Below are positions 31,659 through 32,000 of a DNA stretch of 32,000 nucleotides, one piece after another. The DNA is taken from contig JBBNGO010000019.1 of the NCBI GenBank assembly GCA_040095065.1, forward strand, positions 9,517 through 41,516. Reading direction: 5' to 3'. Origin of the DNA: Hominicoprocola fusiformis (GTDB taxonomy: Bacteria; Bacillota; Clostridia; Oscillospirales; Oscillospiraceae). The notes beneath the pieces were generated by a model. It saw only the letters and a list, made by a program, of their open reading frames with translations. It made no database searches and was not told where the DNA came from. The translations under genes and the position numbers were made by a program. How positions within the stretch are numbered: the stretch's first letter is position 1; every line of letters starts with the position of its first letter.

Positions 31659-32000
31659 TCAGAGTTCCATATCCTTTCCTTTGTTCTTTTGCGGCTTCGG
31701 TGTGTGGGGCGGCTGTGCCTTCTGTGCGGATTTCAGCTTGTCACGGATGGATTCACGGGCAGCGGGCTTCTTCGGGATGGTGTCGTAGATGGCAGTCCCG
31801 GCGTCTTCCACATAGGAGCGGACATACTGGATGCTCTCAGAAAAGCGAATGGGGCGGTTCTTGTCCTCGATATTCGTCAGCCGGACTTCATCGGCGGCAA
31901 AATCAACCGCGTCGATTCTGCACTTGATCCCATCCACATTCAGCGTCGCACCGACAGGAATGTAATCTGCGGCTTTGAGTTCCTTGAAGGTCTCGCCGTC
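31659..32000 (-). CDS. C-terminal end of a protein whose start lies beyond the right edge; function unknown
   Basis: The frame stays open to position 32000 (DGETFKELKAADYIPVGATLNVDGIKCRIDAVDFAADEVRL...). The track start at 31937 is only an in-frame GTG. The stop is 1 nt before the next gene start. Confidence 0.6.
   Translation of the reverse strand, partial: DGETFKELKAADYIPVGATLNVDGIKCRIDAVDFAADEVRLTNIEDKNRPIRFSESIQYVRSYVEDAGTAIYDTIPKKPAARESIRDKLKSAQKAQPPHTPKPQKNKGKDMEL

Larger units (their letters stand above)
1..32000. mobile_element. Segment of an integrative conjugative / mobilizable element; boundaries not in window
   Basis: Gene content: oriT-like repeats plus MobC plus relaxase, ArdA polyvalent protein, transposon-transfer assisting protein, XRE/ImmA switch, R-M and other cargo. 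No housekeeping genes. No att sites or element integrase seen, so extent is unknown. Confidence 0.6.

Noticed and set aside
1-32000. Search by eye for CRISPR arrays, tRNA/rRNA genes, IS elements with terminal inverted repeats, reverse transcriptases (retron or DGR) and long tandem repeats
   Set aside because: None found. The only multi-copy sequence noticed is the 15-bp hsdS core repeat. A computational repeat and tRNA scan would be needed to be definitive.

Overview
This window looks like an accessory slice of an integrative conjugative or mobilizable element from a Clostridia-type Firmicute. Evidence is about 50% GC, AGGAGG-type ribosome-binding sites, an XRE/ImmA switch, YolD, an ArdA polyvalent protein and a transposon-transfer assisting protein. 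No element ends, rRNA, tRNA, CRISPR array or IS element are visible. All functional calls rest on motifs I read in the translations; no searches were run.

Layout:
(1) 1-11.1 kb: a divergent regulatory node. A small protein plus an edge-truncated ImmA-like peptidase lie on the minus strand. A consensus promoter bracketed by an 11-bp inverted repeat drives XRE-ImmA on the plus strand. A roughly 10-kb co-directional cargo string follows: second HExxH protein, AlkZ-related protein, flavodoxin, low-GC NTF2-like gene, macro-domain/HTH fusion, 510-aa unknown, Y-family polymerase plus YolD, and cytoplasmic vWA plus SIMPL.
(2) 11.2-13.0 kb: an oriT-like nested inverted repeat, MobC and a MobA/VirD2-type relaxase.
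(3) 13.1-28.0 kb: one long plus-strand defence operon. It contains a small HTH, hsdM, and a two-locus invertible hsdS shufflon with an internal tyrosine recombinase and four copies of a 15-bp core repeat. Next come a coiled-coil protein plus a DUF262/HNH (GmrSD-like) protein inserted before hsdR, then hsdR, then an uncharacterised trio (NYN-domain protein, Fe-S DinG/XPD-like helicase, acidic 203-aa protein) ending at a strong terminator.
(4) 28.2-32.0 kb: SLOG/DUF1273 and XRE genes, then minus-strand conjugation-associated genes (ArdA-containing polyvalent protein, transposon-transfer assisting protein, edge-truncated ORF).

The best candidates for something undescribed are the hsdR-linked NYN-DinG-acidic trio and the coiled-coil/DUF262 insert. 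The architecture of the hsdS shufflon is the clearest structure directly readable from the DNA.
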